Source of the DNA: Promethearchaeota archaeon
GTDB lineage: Archaea; Asgardarchaeota; Lokiarchaeia; Sigyniarchaeales; SOKP01
Assembly: GCA_048937405.1 (NCBI GenBank)
Contig: JBHLNF010000011.1
Coordinates: 5,972-69,971 of the forward strand
Length of the DNA stretch: 64,000 nucleotides
Direction of reading: 5' to 3'
Of the stretch, positions 30,669 to 39,078 are shown piece by piece. How positions within the stretch are numbered: position 1 is the stretch's first letter; each line of letters opens with the position of its first letter. The notes below the pieces were generated by a model. That model saw nothing but the letters and a program-made list of their open reading frames with translations. It was not told the origin of the DNA and ran no database searches. Made by a program: the position numbers and the translations under genes.

Positions 30669-30836
30669 TTAAAAAGGGATTGCTATAATTGCCCCAACTA
30701 ATTCATCCTTAAATCCTTCTACTGAAGCTCGAGTAATTATCAAACCATCCAGATTAACGATTAAGACTGCTAAGAGGTTCTGCGCTTCATTCAATAATTT
30801 AGTAAGTAATTCTTCAAGATCAGTTACTTGAGATAT
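30669..30836 (-). pseudogene. truncated roadblock/LC7 (MglB-like) ORF, not in ORF track
   Basis: ISQVTDLEELLTKLLNEAQNLLAVLIVNLDGLIITRASVEGFKDELVGAIIAIPF*; first half of a roadblock fold, ATA as the most likely start. Confidence 0.7.
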
Positions 30837-30875
30837 TTCTCATTCCCTTTGATAGTGTTTTGTTGCTTCCACATT

Positions 30876-31535
30876 TCACAAATTAAGATCATATTTTAAG
30901 TTTAAAATCTCAAAAAGGCTCTTTAAAATACTAACAGAAGGTATAAGACAAATAATTCCTTCCAGATTTATTTCAGATACAGTTATTTTTGTATTTATTA
31001 TAATCAAGTAATCTGATAATTGTGCATATTTGGCAATTATAATATCTAAAATGGCATTTAAAGTATCTATTGCTATTTTTGGAATATTTGGAACCAACTT
31101 AATTGATAACATATCTGCTAAGGCATTTGTATAATGACCAGATAAAATGTTTCCTATTTCACTTATAATACTTAATGAAAATTCATCTAAATCCTCAATA
31201 GATTTTAGATCCTCAATCGTAAATCTTTCAGAATTTGTTAATATATTGATTAAATTAACGATTGATTCTTTGGTAAATATCTGAACAATTGCTAAATCTG
31301 ATTTAAATTGAATTTCTGAATAGATTCCAACCATATCAATTGATGTCTTCTCAAATAATTCAGGAACTTTCCAAAAAGAAACAATATCTATGGATGTTAA
31401 TGAAACTTCAACCTTATTGTTAAGTAATTTTGATAGTGCTGTTATTGCATGTCCAGAGCCAATATTGCCAAGTTCTTTTAAAATATCTAGTTGTTCATAG
31501 CTTAATTTTATATCCCTTGAATCATTCATCTTCAA
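30876..31535 (-). CDS. cheC: CheY-P phosphatase CheC
   Basis: LKELGNIGSGHAITALS and SEIGNILSGHY ExxN motifs. Confidence 0.93.
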   Translation of the reverse strand: MKMNDSRDIKLSYEQLDILKELGNIGSGHAITALSKLLNNKVEVSLTSIDIVSFWKVPELFEKTSIDMVGIYSEIQFKSDLAIVQIFTKESIVNLINILTNSERFTIEDLKSIEDLDEFSLSIISEIGNILSGHYTNALADMLSIKLVPNIPKIAIDTLNAILDIIIAKYAQLSDYLIIINTKITVSEINLEGIICLIPSVSILKSLFEILNLKYDLNL

Positions 31536-31572
31536 TCATCTCAATTTTATATTCTTTTCATAAAAATCTTTT

Positions 31573-32121
31573 TTATTCACGTAATTTTTTAAATTTTGAT
31601 TCTTTTGTCGAACTAACATATACAGAGAATTCTTTAGTGTTAAACTTTACAACTCTACCTTCAGATCCTCCCGTATTTTCTCCAATAATTTTAATTTGTA
31701 ATTCCTTCAATTTTTTTTTGATTGCATTAATGTTTTCAGTGCCTATTGTATTGCCTTCGATATCAAAAATCTTAGAACCTCCAATTATAATTGCTTTTAT
31801 ATTTTTCTTTATAGCCCCATGTTTTATTAATTCTTGAACTAATAATTTTACGGAGAGATCGGCATATTTATGAGGAAATTCAATATTTTTATGAAGTTTA
31901 GAATTAGAAAGTAATACATGAGACATTCCACCAACTCTTTTGAGGGAGTCAAAAAGTATTAAAGCAATACAAGAACCTAATCCAATTATTGATATTTTTG
32001 GATCGAAATTTCTCACTTTATTTGTACTATGTACAATTACATAATGCCCTATTGGTAAGGCAATTTCACCATCCTTACCTGTTATTTCAATACGTCCATT
32101 TGAATTTATCTTTTCCATCAT
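31573..32121 (-). CDS. cheD: chemoreceptor glutamine deamidase CheD
   Basis: GLGSCIAL, GGMSHVLL, KYAD, IIGGSKIF, NTGGSEGR. Confidence 0.93.
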   Translation of the reverse strand: MMEKINSNGRIEITGKDGEIALPIGHYVIVHSTNKVRNFDPKISIIGLGSCIALILFDSLKRVGGMSHVLLSNSKLHKNIEFPHKYADLSVKLLVQELIKHGAIKKNIKAIIIGGSKIFDIEGNTIGTENINAIKKKLKELQIKIIGENTGGSEGRVVKFNTKEFSVYVSSTKESKFKKLRE

Positions 32122-32138
32122 AAAGAATTGATATACAC

Positions 32139-33296
32139 TTATATTTCATCTTGAGAAATTGAATAATTACTAGCGAATTTTAACATCTGATCTTTAATTT
32201 CATAATTTGGAACTATTAATTTAGCAGCTCCTCTTTTTATGGCTGCTTTGGGCATACCAAAAACCACACAGGTCTGTTCTGATTCTGCAATTGTTTGACC
32301 TCCATTTTTTTTAATCGCTTCTAAACCAGCAGCACCATCCTGTCCCAATCCTGTTAGTAAAATTCCTAAAATTTGACTTTTATATACTTTTGCTGCTGAA
32401 AGAAATAACACATCCACCGAAGGCATACAAAAATTTACAGGTTCTCCATCTACAATCCTAATAAATTGTTGATTATTTCTTTCCACAACCTCCATATGTT
32501 TTCCTCCGGGACTAAGATATGTAATACCAGGAAGAATTTTTTCACCATTTACAGGGATTTTAACTTCAATATTACAGATCTCATTTAATGATTTTGTGAG
32601 TTCTTTCATGAAAAATGCATCTAAATGTTGAACAACTAAAATTGGCATAGGGAAATTTTTTGGAATATCTTTCAAAATTGTTCTTAAGGTTTTTGGTCCA
32701 CCAGTACTAGTTCCGATTACTATTGCATTGGATTTAAATCTCGCTTTAGGTATTGGTTTCTTTTTTGGAATTTTTTCAATCTTCGTTTTTGGTTTTTTAG
32801 TTATTTGATATTCGGCACTATCTATAGTAGAATCAAAAGTTTTCTTAATTGATTTTTTTATTAATAAATTTCTTTTTTCATAAGTCTTTTTAATTTTACT
32901 AGCATAAAGCGTACTTAAAATTAATTTTTCTTTTAATTTGGGGAATTCTTTTTTCCATACTCCTTTTGGTTTCACAATAAAATCAAATGCTCCCAAAAGT
33001 AACGCTTGAACAGAATCATCTAATGTTTCTGGAGATTTAGATGTAAATATTATTGTAGGTATAGGATAATGTTCTGAAAGAAATTTAAAGACAGTTATTC
33101 CATCTACTTCAGGCATCATTAAATCCAAAATTAGTACATCTGGATTAATAGTCTCAATTTTTTCAATTACTTCTCTTCCATTTATTGCAATATCTACTTT
33201 AGCTATTTCATCGCTTGATAATAACATATTAGTGACTAATTTTCTCTGAAATGTTGAATCTTCTGCTAGTAACACTTTAATTGGTACTATAATCAC
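32139..33296 (-). CDS. cheB: chemotaxis methylesterase CheB, second copy
   Basis: AEDS...LDLMMP receiver; GTSTGGP, VQHL, LTGLGQDG. Confidence 0.95.
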   Translation of the reverse strand: MIIVPIKVLLAEDSTFQRKLVTNMLLSSDEIAKVDIAINGREVIEKIETINPDVLILDLMMPEVDGITVFKFLSEHYPIPTIIFTSKSPETLDDSVQALLLGAFDFIVKPKGVWKKEFPKLKEKLILSTLYASKIKKTYEKRNLLIKKSIKKTFDSTIDSAEYQITKKPKTKIEKIPKKKPIPKARFKSNAIVIGTSTGGPKTLRTILKDIPKNFPMPILVVQHLDAFFMKELTKSLNEICNIEVKIPVNGEKILPGITYLSPGGKHMEVVERNNQQFIRIVDGEPVNFCMPSVDVLFLSAAKVYKSQILGILLTGLGQDGAAGLEAIKKNGGQTIAESEQTCVVFGMPKAAIKRGAAKLIVPNYEIKDQMLKFASNYSISQDEI

Positions 33297-33422
33297 CTTT
33301 TTTTAAATATTTTCGACAACTAATTTAATTGAAACCAGTTATTTTCATCGATAAGTGAATCAGAAAATTATGATAATTCAATTCAAATCGAATATCATTA
33401 TTAGGTCTCAATTTTAAACACT

Positions 33423-33974
33423 TTATTTTTCTAATAATTTTTCAATTTCAGCAAAACGTTGTTGAATATGAGTAATTGAATAAGTTATATGAGCTTGAAT
33501 TTCCTTAATCTCAGAGAGGATTTTTCTAATGCGAGATTTGACTGTTTTAGATAATTCTTTACCATCTCCCATTATTTCAGATTCCAAACTTTGTTCTGAG
33601 GATAAGTTTGCCCCATATATAGAAGACGCTTGAGTTTGAATTACATATCTAGATTGTCCTGGATATTGTAAGTTAGAATTTTGTTCTTTAATTTCTTTGA
33701 ATATTATATGAAACTCTGAGGGTTCAAGACCTTCTTTAATAACTTCATATTTAAAATTATAAAATTTTTTTTTTGTTTTAAGTTTTCCAGCAAAATTAGC
33801 TGCCATGTAACGATGGAATAATCGAGAATGACTACCTGCCCAAATCCAAATTAGTTTTAATTCTTTGTCTACAATTAAATATACACTATTAGGATCAAAA
33901 ATCTTCTCTGGTCTTAATTTTAGTGTTTCACCTTGCACTTCGTAAATGTAATCGTAATAACCGCTTTTTAACAT
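33423..33974 (-). CDS. single gelsolin-domain protein with C-terminal coiled coil
   Basis: FDPNSVYLIVDKELKLIWIWAGSHS...AANFAGKL...EVIKEGLEPSEF matches the gelsolin repeat pattern; C-terminal heptads KILSEIKEIQAHITYSITHIQQRFAEIEKLL. Confidence 0.8.
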   Translation of the reverse strand: MLKSGYYDYIYEVQGETLKLRPEKIFDPNSVYLIVDKELKLIWIWAGSHSRLFHRYMAANFAGKLKTKKKFYNFKYEVIKEGLEPSEFHIIFKEIKEQNSNLQYPGQSRYVIQTQASSIYGANLSSEQSLESEIMGDGKELSKTVKSRIRKILSEIKEIQAHITYSITHIQQRFAEIEKLLEK

Positions 33975-34097
33975 GACATTTCAGTAGATATTGGTTTTGT
34001 TGATATATTAAGACTTATTATAAATTTGGGTTTTTATATTTATTTTAGAAAATTTTATAAAAAAAAAAAATAATTGTTTGATAGCTAGTAATAGATT

Positions 34098-36083
34098 TTA
34101 AGAATAAAACCTTAAAAGTGCCTCCAATAATTCTTGCAGTGTTTCTAAGTTAGGGATAAATAAAAAAGTTCCAGTGACTTTTATATCTGTTATTATTACA
34201 TTAGTAGTAATTACCAGTGATAATTTTTTAAGTAAACCAATTTCTTCTTTTAAAATTTTAAATAATTGACGTCCAGTATCTACACTCATATCTGGAGGTT
34301 CTGTCATTAATCTTATACCTAGTAGATCTCCAATAGCACTTACATAATGGCTACCCAATATATGCCCTAGTTCTGATATTGCACTATGATATAATTCAGG
34401 AAAATCGGATGCTTTATTTAACTTTTTTCTTAAATCGATTTGTTTTTTGTCATAATCATCCACTATTATAGAAGTTATATCTATAGCATCTTTCAAATTA
34501 AATAAAGTAAGTACCGTAGCTCTTGTTTTACCAATTACATTACTCCAAGCAACCAAAAGTTTCTCATTTTTATTACTAATAGAATTCGCATATTCATCTA
34601 ATTCAACCATCTCGACTGAGGGAATATTTATATCTACTCGTTTATTAATCATCTGAGCTAAGGCATTAGCGGCATTTCCTGCACCAATATTTCCGACTTC
34701 TTGTAATGCATCTCTTTGTACTTCTGTAAGTTTTATCTTATCGAGATTAGGGACTTTTGATACTCTCTTTGTTGTCATTGTCTTGACAGCTATATCATGT
34801 TCAATTCCTAATCTGTTGAAAAATATCTTTAAGGTTTCGAGATCAGGAATAAAGAAGAACATACCGGTCAATTTCAAATCTGCTACTTTTATTGAAGTTT
34901 TTATTATTATAAAATATTGAGCAATAGATTTTAATTCTTGAGAAAGAAATTCTCCGATTTCTCCGGCTTCGCTCATTGTAAATTCAGGAATATCAATCAT
35001 CATTTTTGTTTCTAGTAAATCAGCTAAGGCTGAAGCATAATGTCCAGCCATGATATTACCCATCTCTACAATAGTAGAAACTGCAAAATCATCAAGATCC
35101 TTTTTAGATTTCACAGATTTAGGATCGATTTTAGATTGATTCCCAGCTAAATCCGCAATCAATTTCATTAATGGGTGCATTTCAAAAATATTTAATATAG
35201 TTGCTTGAGAAGGTTTATCTATATGACAAAATATCCCACATACCTTTTCCTTATGTCCTCCAAATTGTTTTGGTAATTCATTTAAGGGTATAATACCTAC
35301 ATCTGTGAGAGAAACATCAATTTTCTTTTTAACTAATCTTGATAAGGCTGTAACCGCATTACCCGTTCCAATATTACCAAGTTCTTTAAGAATATCTTGC
35401 TGTTCCTCTGATAAAGATATTTGTTGAGGTTTTTTTTCTTCTGGAATTTTTGTTAATTTCATTTCGGACGATATGTTTTGAGGGATTACAACAGTTGATT
35501 CAATTGTAGGCTCTATTTTTGGTTTAGATTTCAATTTAGGTTGTACTTTAGCACGTTCAAGGACTTTAGGCTTTAATTCTTGCTTCTTATCCGTTTTTTT
35601 TCCACTACCTTGTAGATACGGTTGGATTAAGGCATCTAAATCTAATAATATTAGTGCTTCATCCTGAAAAATTCCTGTTAATTTTATCAATCTAAAATCA
35701 ATATTAGTTTTAACGATAGTACCCTGCTTTTTAAAGATTGAAAGGGGAATATCTCTAACACCAATTACAGCATCGACTAATAAAGCAATCTTCAAATCCT
35801 CATATTCTAATAGTAAAATTCGTGATGTATTAGTGAATCCATAATCAATATCAATATCAGATATATTATGTCTTAAAGAGATAATCGAATAAATTTCTCC
35901 TCTTATATTAATAATTCCAACAAGAGATTTTTCTGCTAGTGGAACAGGAATGATATTTTCTCCTGGAACATATATTTCCTTTACATTTTCAACTTCTATA
36001 AGATATCTCTCATCAAGAACTTGAATAATCACTACATTTAAAGTATCATTAAATTCCTCATTTTTAGCGTTTATTTCTAACAT
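34098..36083 (-). CDS. CheW-CheC-CheC fusion protein
   Basis: N-terminal CheW (VPLAEKSLVGIINIRGEI, ALLVDAVIGV), K/P-rich linker, two CheC domains (KELGNIG, EMGNIMAG, QEVGNIGAG, SELGHILG). Confidence 0.9.
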   Translation of the reverse strand: MLEINAKNEEFNDTLNVVIIQVLDERYLIEVENVKEIYVPGENIIPVPLAEKSLVGIINIRGEIYSIISLRHNISDIDIDYGFTNTSRILLLEYEDLKIALLVDAVIGVRDIPLSIFKKQGTIVKTNIDFRLIKLTGIFQDEALILLDLDALIQPYLQGSGKKTDKKQELKPKVLERAKVQPKLKSKPKIEPTIESTVVIPQNISSEMKLTKIPEEKKPQQISLSEEQQDILKELGNIGTGNAVTALSRLVKKKIDVSLTDVGIIPLNELPKQFGGHKEKVCGIFCHIDKPSQATILNIFEMHPLMKLIADLAGNQSKIDPKSVKSKKDLDDFAVSTIVEMGNIMAGHYASALADLLETKMMIDIPEFTMSEAGEIGEFLSQELKSIAQYFIIIKTSIKVADLKLTGMFFFIPDLETLKIFFNRLGIEHDIAVKTMTTKRVSKVPNLDKIKLTEVQRDALQEVGNIGAGNAANALAQMINKRVDINIPSVEMVELDEYANSISNKNEKLLVAWSNVIGKTRATVLTLFNLKDAIDITSIIVDDYDKKQIDLRKKLNKASDFPELYHSAISELGHILGSHYVSAIGDLLGIRLMTEPPDMSVDTGRQLFKILKEEIGLLKKLSLVITTNVIITDIKVTGTFLFIPNLETLQELLEALLRFYS

Positions 36084-36129
36084 TTTATTTACCTTTTTAT
36101 TTCTCCTTTTTAATAAATAACTTTGATTT

Positions 36130-37005
36130 TCATTTTAACATAATCCCTTTCCAAATTAATTCTAATTCAGGTTCATCTTCGTTTACTTCTGTAAAAAAAT
36201 CTACTTGTCTATGTACTGATATTTGCCCACCTTTAGAATATTTAAATACATAATTTAACATATCATCTGTATTAGTAAAGTTAAAACCCGCAAGTTTTAA
36301 TTCAGCATCATTAATAATAATTAAATCTTCTCTATTAAAAGGACGGTTTTCTTCAATCCATTCAATCCATATCTCTGAATTAAGTTCTTTATTGATAATT
36401 TTTATTGATTTATCAATTGGTATATTGCGGAATGATTTACCTACAGCAAATATGATTTTATCAGGAATTAAATTTTCATTCTTTGCAAATTCATTTATCT
36501 TAGCTATTGCTTTATTATAACTATCAATATCTAAAACATCATAACATAGAGTTAAAATCACTTCATTTTCTTCAGTTTCAAGAATAAAATCAATTAATAA
36601 GTCTGGATTAAGATCTGCGTTAACTTTTATCGTTTTGATATTTACGTCTGGTATATATTTAAGATATTGATAAAATCGCCACTTAATGCTTAATTTATCA
36701 CTTTTTTCCCTGCTAATAAAAATTTGAAACATTAATTTTAACTGTTCTATAGTCATTTTTGATAAATTAGCTAGTTTTTCCACATCTTTTCCTAGTTCGA
36801 CATAATTAATTTTTGATTTTGCATTTGAAGTTTTTTTTCCAGAAAAATCTTCTAAAAAAATCTTTAATTCATTTTCAGTGAATTGGGGTAGTACTTGTTC
36901 AATAAGATATAATAAATATTCTTTTGATTTGTCATCCATCATTTCATAATACTGTAATTTCATATTATTTCCTCCTAAATTTTTCTTAATTGTTTTTTTA
37001 TCCAA
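36130..37005 (-). CDS. hypothetical protein in che cluster (possible degenerate restriction-endonuclease-like alpha/beta domain)
   Basis: 291-aa ORF; LLIDFILETEENEVILTLC..KIIFAVGKSF resembles a PD-(D/E)XK-like core without ExK; family call is weak. Confidence 0.6.
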   Translation of the reverse strand: MDKKTIKKNLGGNNMKLQYYEMMDDKSKEYLLYLIEQVLPQFTENELKIFLEDFSGKKTSNAKSKINYVELGKDVEKLANLSKMTIEQLKLMFQIFISREKSDKLSIKWRFYQYLKYIPDVNIKTIKVNADLNPDLLIDFILETEENEVILTLCYDVLDIDSYNKAIAKINEFAKNENLIPDKIIFAVGKSFRNIPIDKSIKIINKELNSEIWIEWIEENRPFNREDLIIINDAELKLAGFNFTNTDDMLNYVFKYSKGGQISVHRQVDFFTEVNEDEPELELIWKGIMLK

Positions 37006-39025
37006 CGAAAAATGATTCTAACTCTGAAAATTTTTTATCCTTTCCTGTTATGCTTTTTAGATAATACATTATCTCTCTTTCTTGGTAAGGTAAAAGAGTA
37101 TCAATTGTGAAAGATATCTTTTGTTCACTATTTTTCTTTGATTTACTCAGTTTATATTCTATATTTGAGGATATCATTTCAAAAGACCCTGGAAAAGAAT
37201 CTGTAATATTAACATCATTCAATTTCATATTTGAACCATTTTTTGCAGTAATATATATAGCAAATTCATTAGCATTCCTTCCTGGATAAATTTGTTTTCC
37301 AACAATTACTTTACGTCTCTTATGAGAAATTCTTATTTTAGATTTATCTGTTTTAGATATCTCATCCGAGATCATAAAATATTCTTTTATATAACGATTT
37401 TTATATTTTGAATAAAATGTATAAACTCTAAGTGGGAAAATATAATCTTTTTTATAATCTGGGTTGACTGCTTTGATAGGATATTTCAATTCCAAGAAAT
37501 CATCCACAGCAATAATTGATTCCAAAGGACTTTTCTTTAAATTGATATTTAATTCAATCGTATGCTCATGAGATGAATCTTCATCATCAGGTTTTAGATT
37601 CATCTCAATATCCTCAATATCTAATTTACCCGACGATTTGGATAATACAAATTCAGAAATATCTCTTGGAGGTAAAAAGTTTTCAGGGATTTTTTCAATA
37701 ATTTGAAGACCGTTGATTGGAAGTGATCCTTGATTATTAATAATTATTTGTGAATGTATTAATGTTTCTTCAAATGATTTAACCTCTTCTTCTGATAATT
37801 TCTTTTTTATTGACGAATAAGCAACTTTAAAGAAATTGTCATCGAATCTAGAAGTAATCATTGAATTCTTCTCAGTTTCGTAACCAACTGTATATCCTAC
37901 TTTTCTTGAAAAGATTGGCTCCTTCTCATCAGTAACATAAAAATAATCTGATTTATATTTACCATGTGGATTAATTACTTTTTTACGTAATACTGATCTA
38001 TCTAATTCTAGGATTTTGTTTTTTTTTGTCTTATCAAATATTGTTATAGAGTTTAATTTTAATGTAAAATCACTAAGGTTTTCGAATCTAAGAGAACATT
38101 TCCAATTATTAGGTTCATGAATTTTCTCTGTTTTCTTAATGGCATGCATTGCGTGTGAATATGCTGAGAAATGATCGACTCTTACACCTGATATTACTTT
38201 CTTTGATAAATTAAAGGTTACTTCAATGTTTCCTGTGTTGATATTTTCCTTCTTCTTAGGAAATATTTTCGCATAGATAATAATTTCAGCACTTTCTCCT
38301 GGATTTAAATCTTTTAATTGGCTCTCGATAGAATTTCTTAAAATTTTAAATTCATTACTTTTATTGCTTTCAAACTCAAAATCATAAAAAGCTGGTACGA
38401 ACGATTTTTTAAACTTAACATTATCAATTTTTGTGTTTGAAATGTTAATAATATAAATTGTAAATTTAATTGTATTTTCTTTTCCCCATAAAAGTAAATA
38501 ATGTTTAGTAGGATTTTTTTTCGAGGATTCTATTTCATTTAACTCCATATCTTCAAAACTACTTTTAAAGAACCCAATATCTTCACTAAGATTTTCAATA
38601 CTTTCGTTAACTTCTATTAAATCTGGTAAATCTTCAGAATTTACAATTTCATATTTCAATACTTTATTTGAATTAGGCTCAAAGACACCTAAATTAAGAT
38701 TATTTTCTGCTTTTTGATTATCAAATTGTGAACCAGAGAATTGTAAATTTGCATCCCAAATTCTATCTTTAACAGAATTATTAAAAATTGAAATATTCCC
38801 ATTCCCTATAACTGATTTTCTTGTTCTATCGTTTTGATAATGATATTCCAAGAATTCTTCATTCAATATTAATACTTCTGATGCAGTACCCATATAACTT
38901 GATTCAATTTTTTGTTCTCTATGATTTTTTTGGATAAGTTTACCGCCTTCCCTGATGGGGATACCAAGAAAATTTGGGCTTATTTTTGTTTTTAATTCGT
39001 CAAGATCAATTTTTTTAAAACCCAT
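36998..39025 (-). CDS. cytoplasmic multi-Ig-like (DUF11-like) beta-sandwich protein in che cluster
   Basis: Repeated IxIxNxG/S...xxVxIxD/ExxP motifs; no signal peptide or TM; directly downstream of cheA. Confidence 0.65.
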   Translation of the reverse strand: MGFKKIDLDELKTKISPNFLGIPIREGGKLIQKNHREQKIESSYMGTASEVLILNEEFLEYHYQNDRTRKSVIGNGNISIFNNSVKDRIWDANLQFSGSQFDNQKAENNLNLGVFEPNSNKVLKYEIVNSEDLPDLIEVNESIENLSEDIGFFKSSFEDMELNEIESSKKNPTKHYLLLWGKENTIKFTIYIINISNTKIDNVKFKKSFVPAFYDFEFESNKSNEFKILRNSIESQLKDLNPGESAEIIIYAKIFPKKKENINTGNIEVTFNLSKKVISGVRVDHFSAYSHAMHAIKKTEKIHEPNNWKCSLRFENLSDFTLKLNSITIFDKTKKNKILELDRSVLRKKVINPHGKYKSDYFYVTDEKEPIFSRKVGYTVGYETEKNSMITSRFDDNFFKVAYSSIKKKLSEEEVKSFEETLIHSQIIINNQGSLPINGLQIIEKIPENFLPPRDISEFVLSKSSGKLDIEDIEMNLKPDDEDSSHEHTIELNINLKKSPLESIIAVDDFLELKYPIKAVNPDYKKDYIFPLRVYTFYSKYKNRYIKEYFMISDEISKTDKSKIRISHKRRKVIVGKQIYPGRNANEFAIYITAKNGSNMKLNDVNITDSFPGSFEMISSNIEYKLSKSKKNSEQKISFTIDTLLPYQEREIMYYLKSITGKDKKFSELESFFVG

Positions 39026-39078
39026 TGCTTATTTCCTCTAAATTTTTCTTTTTGTGATATATTTATTATTTTAAAAAA

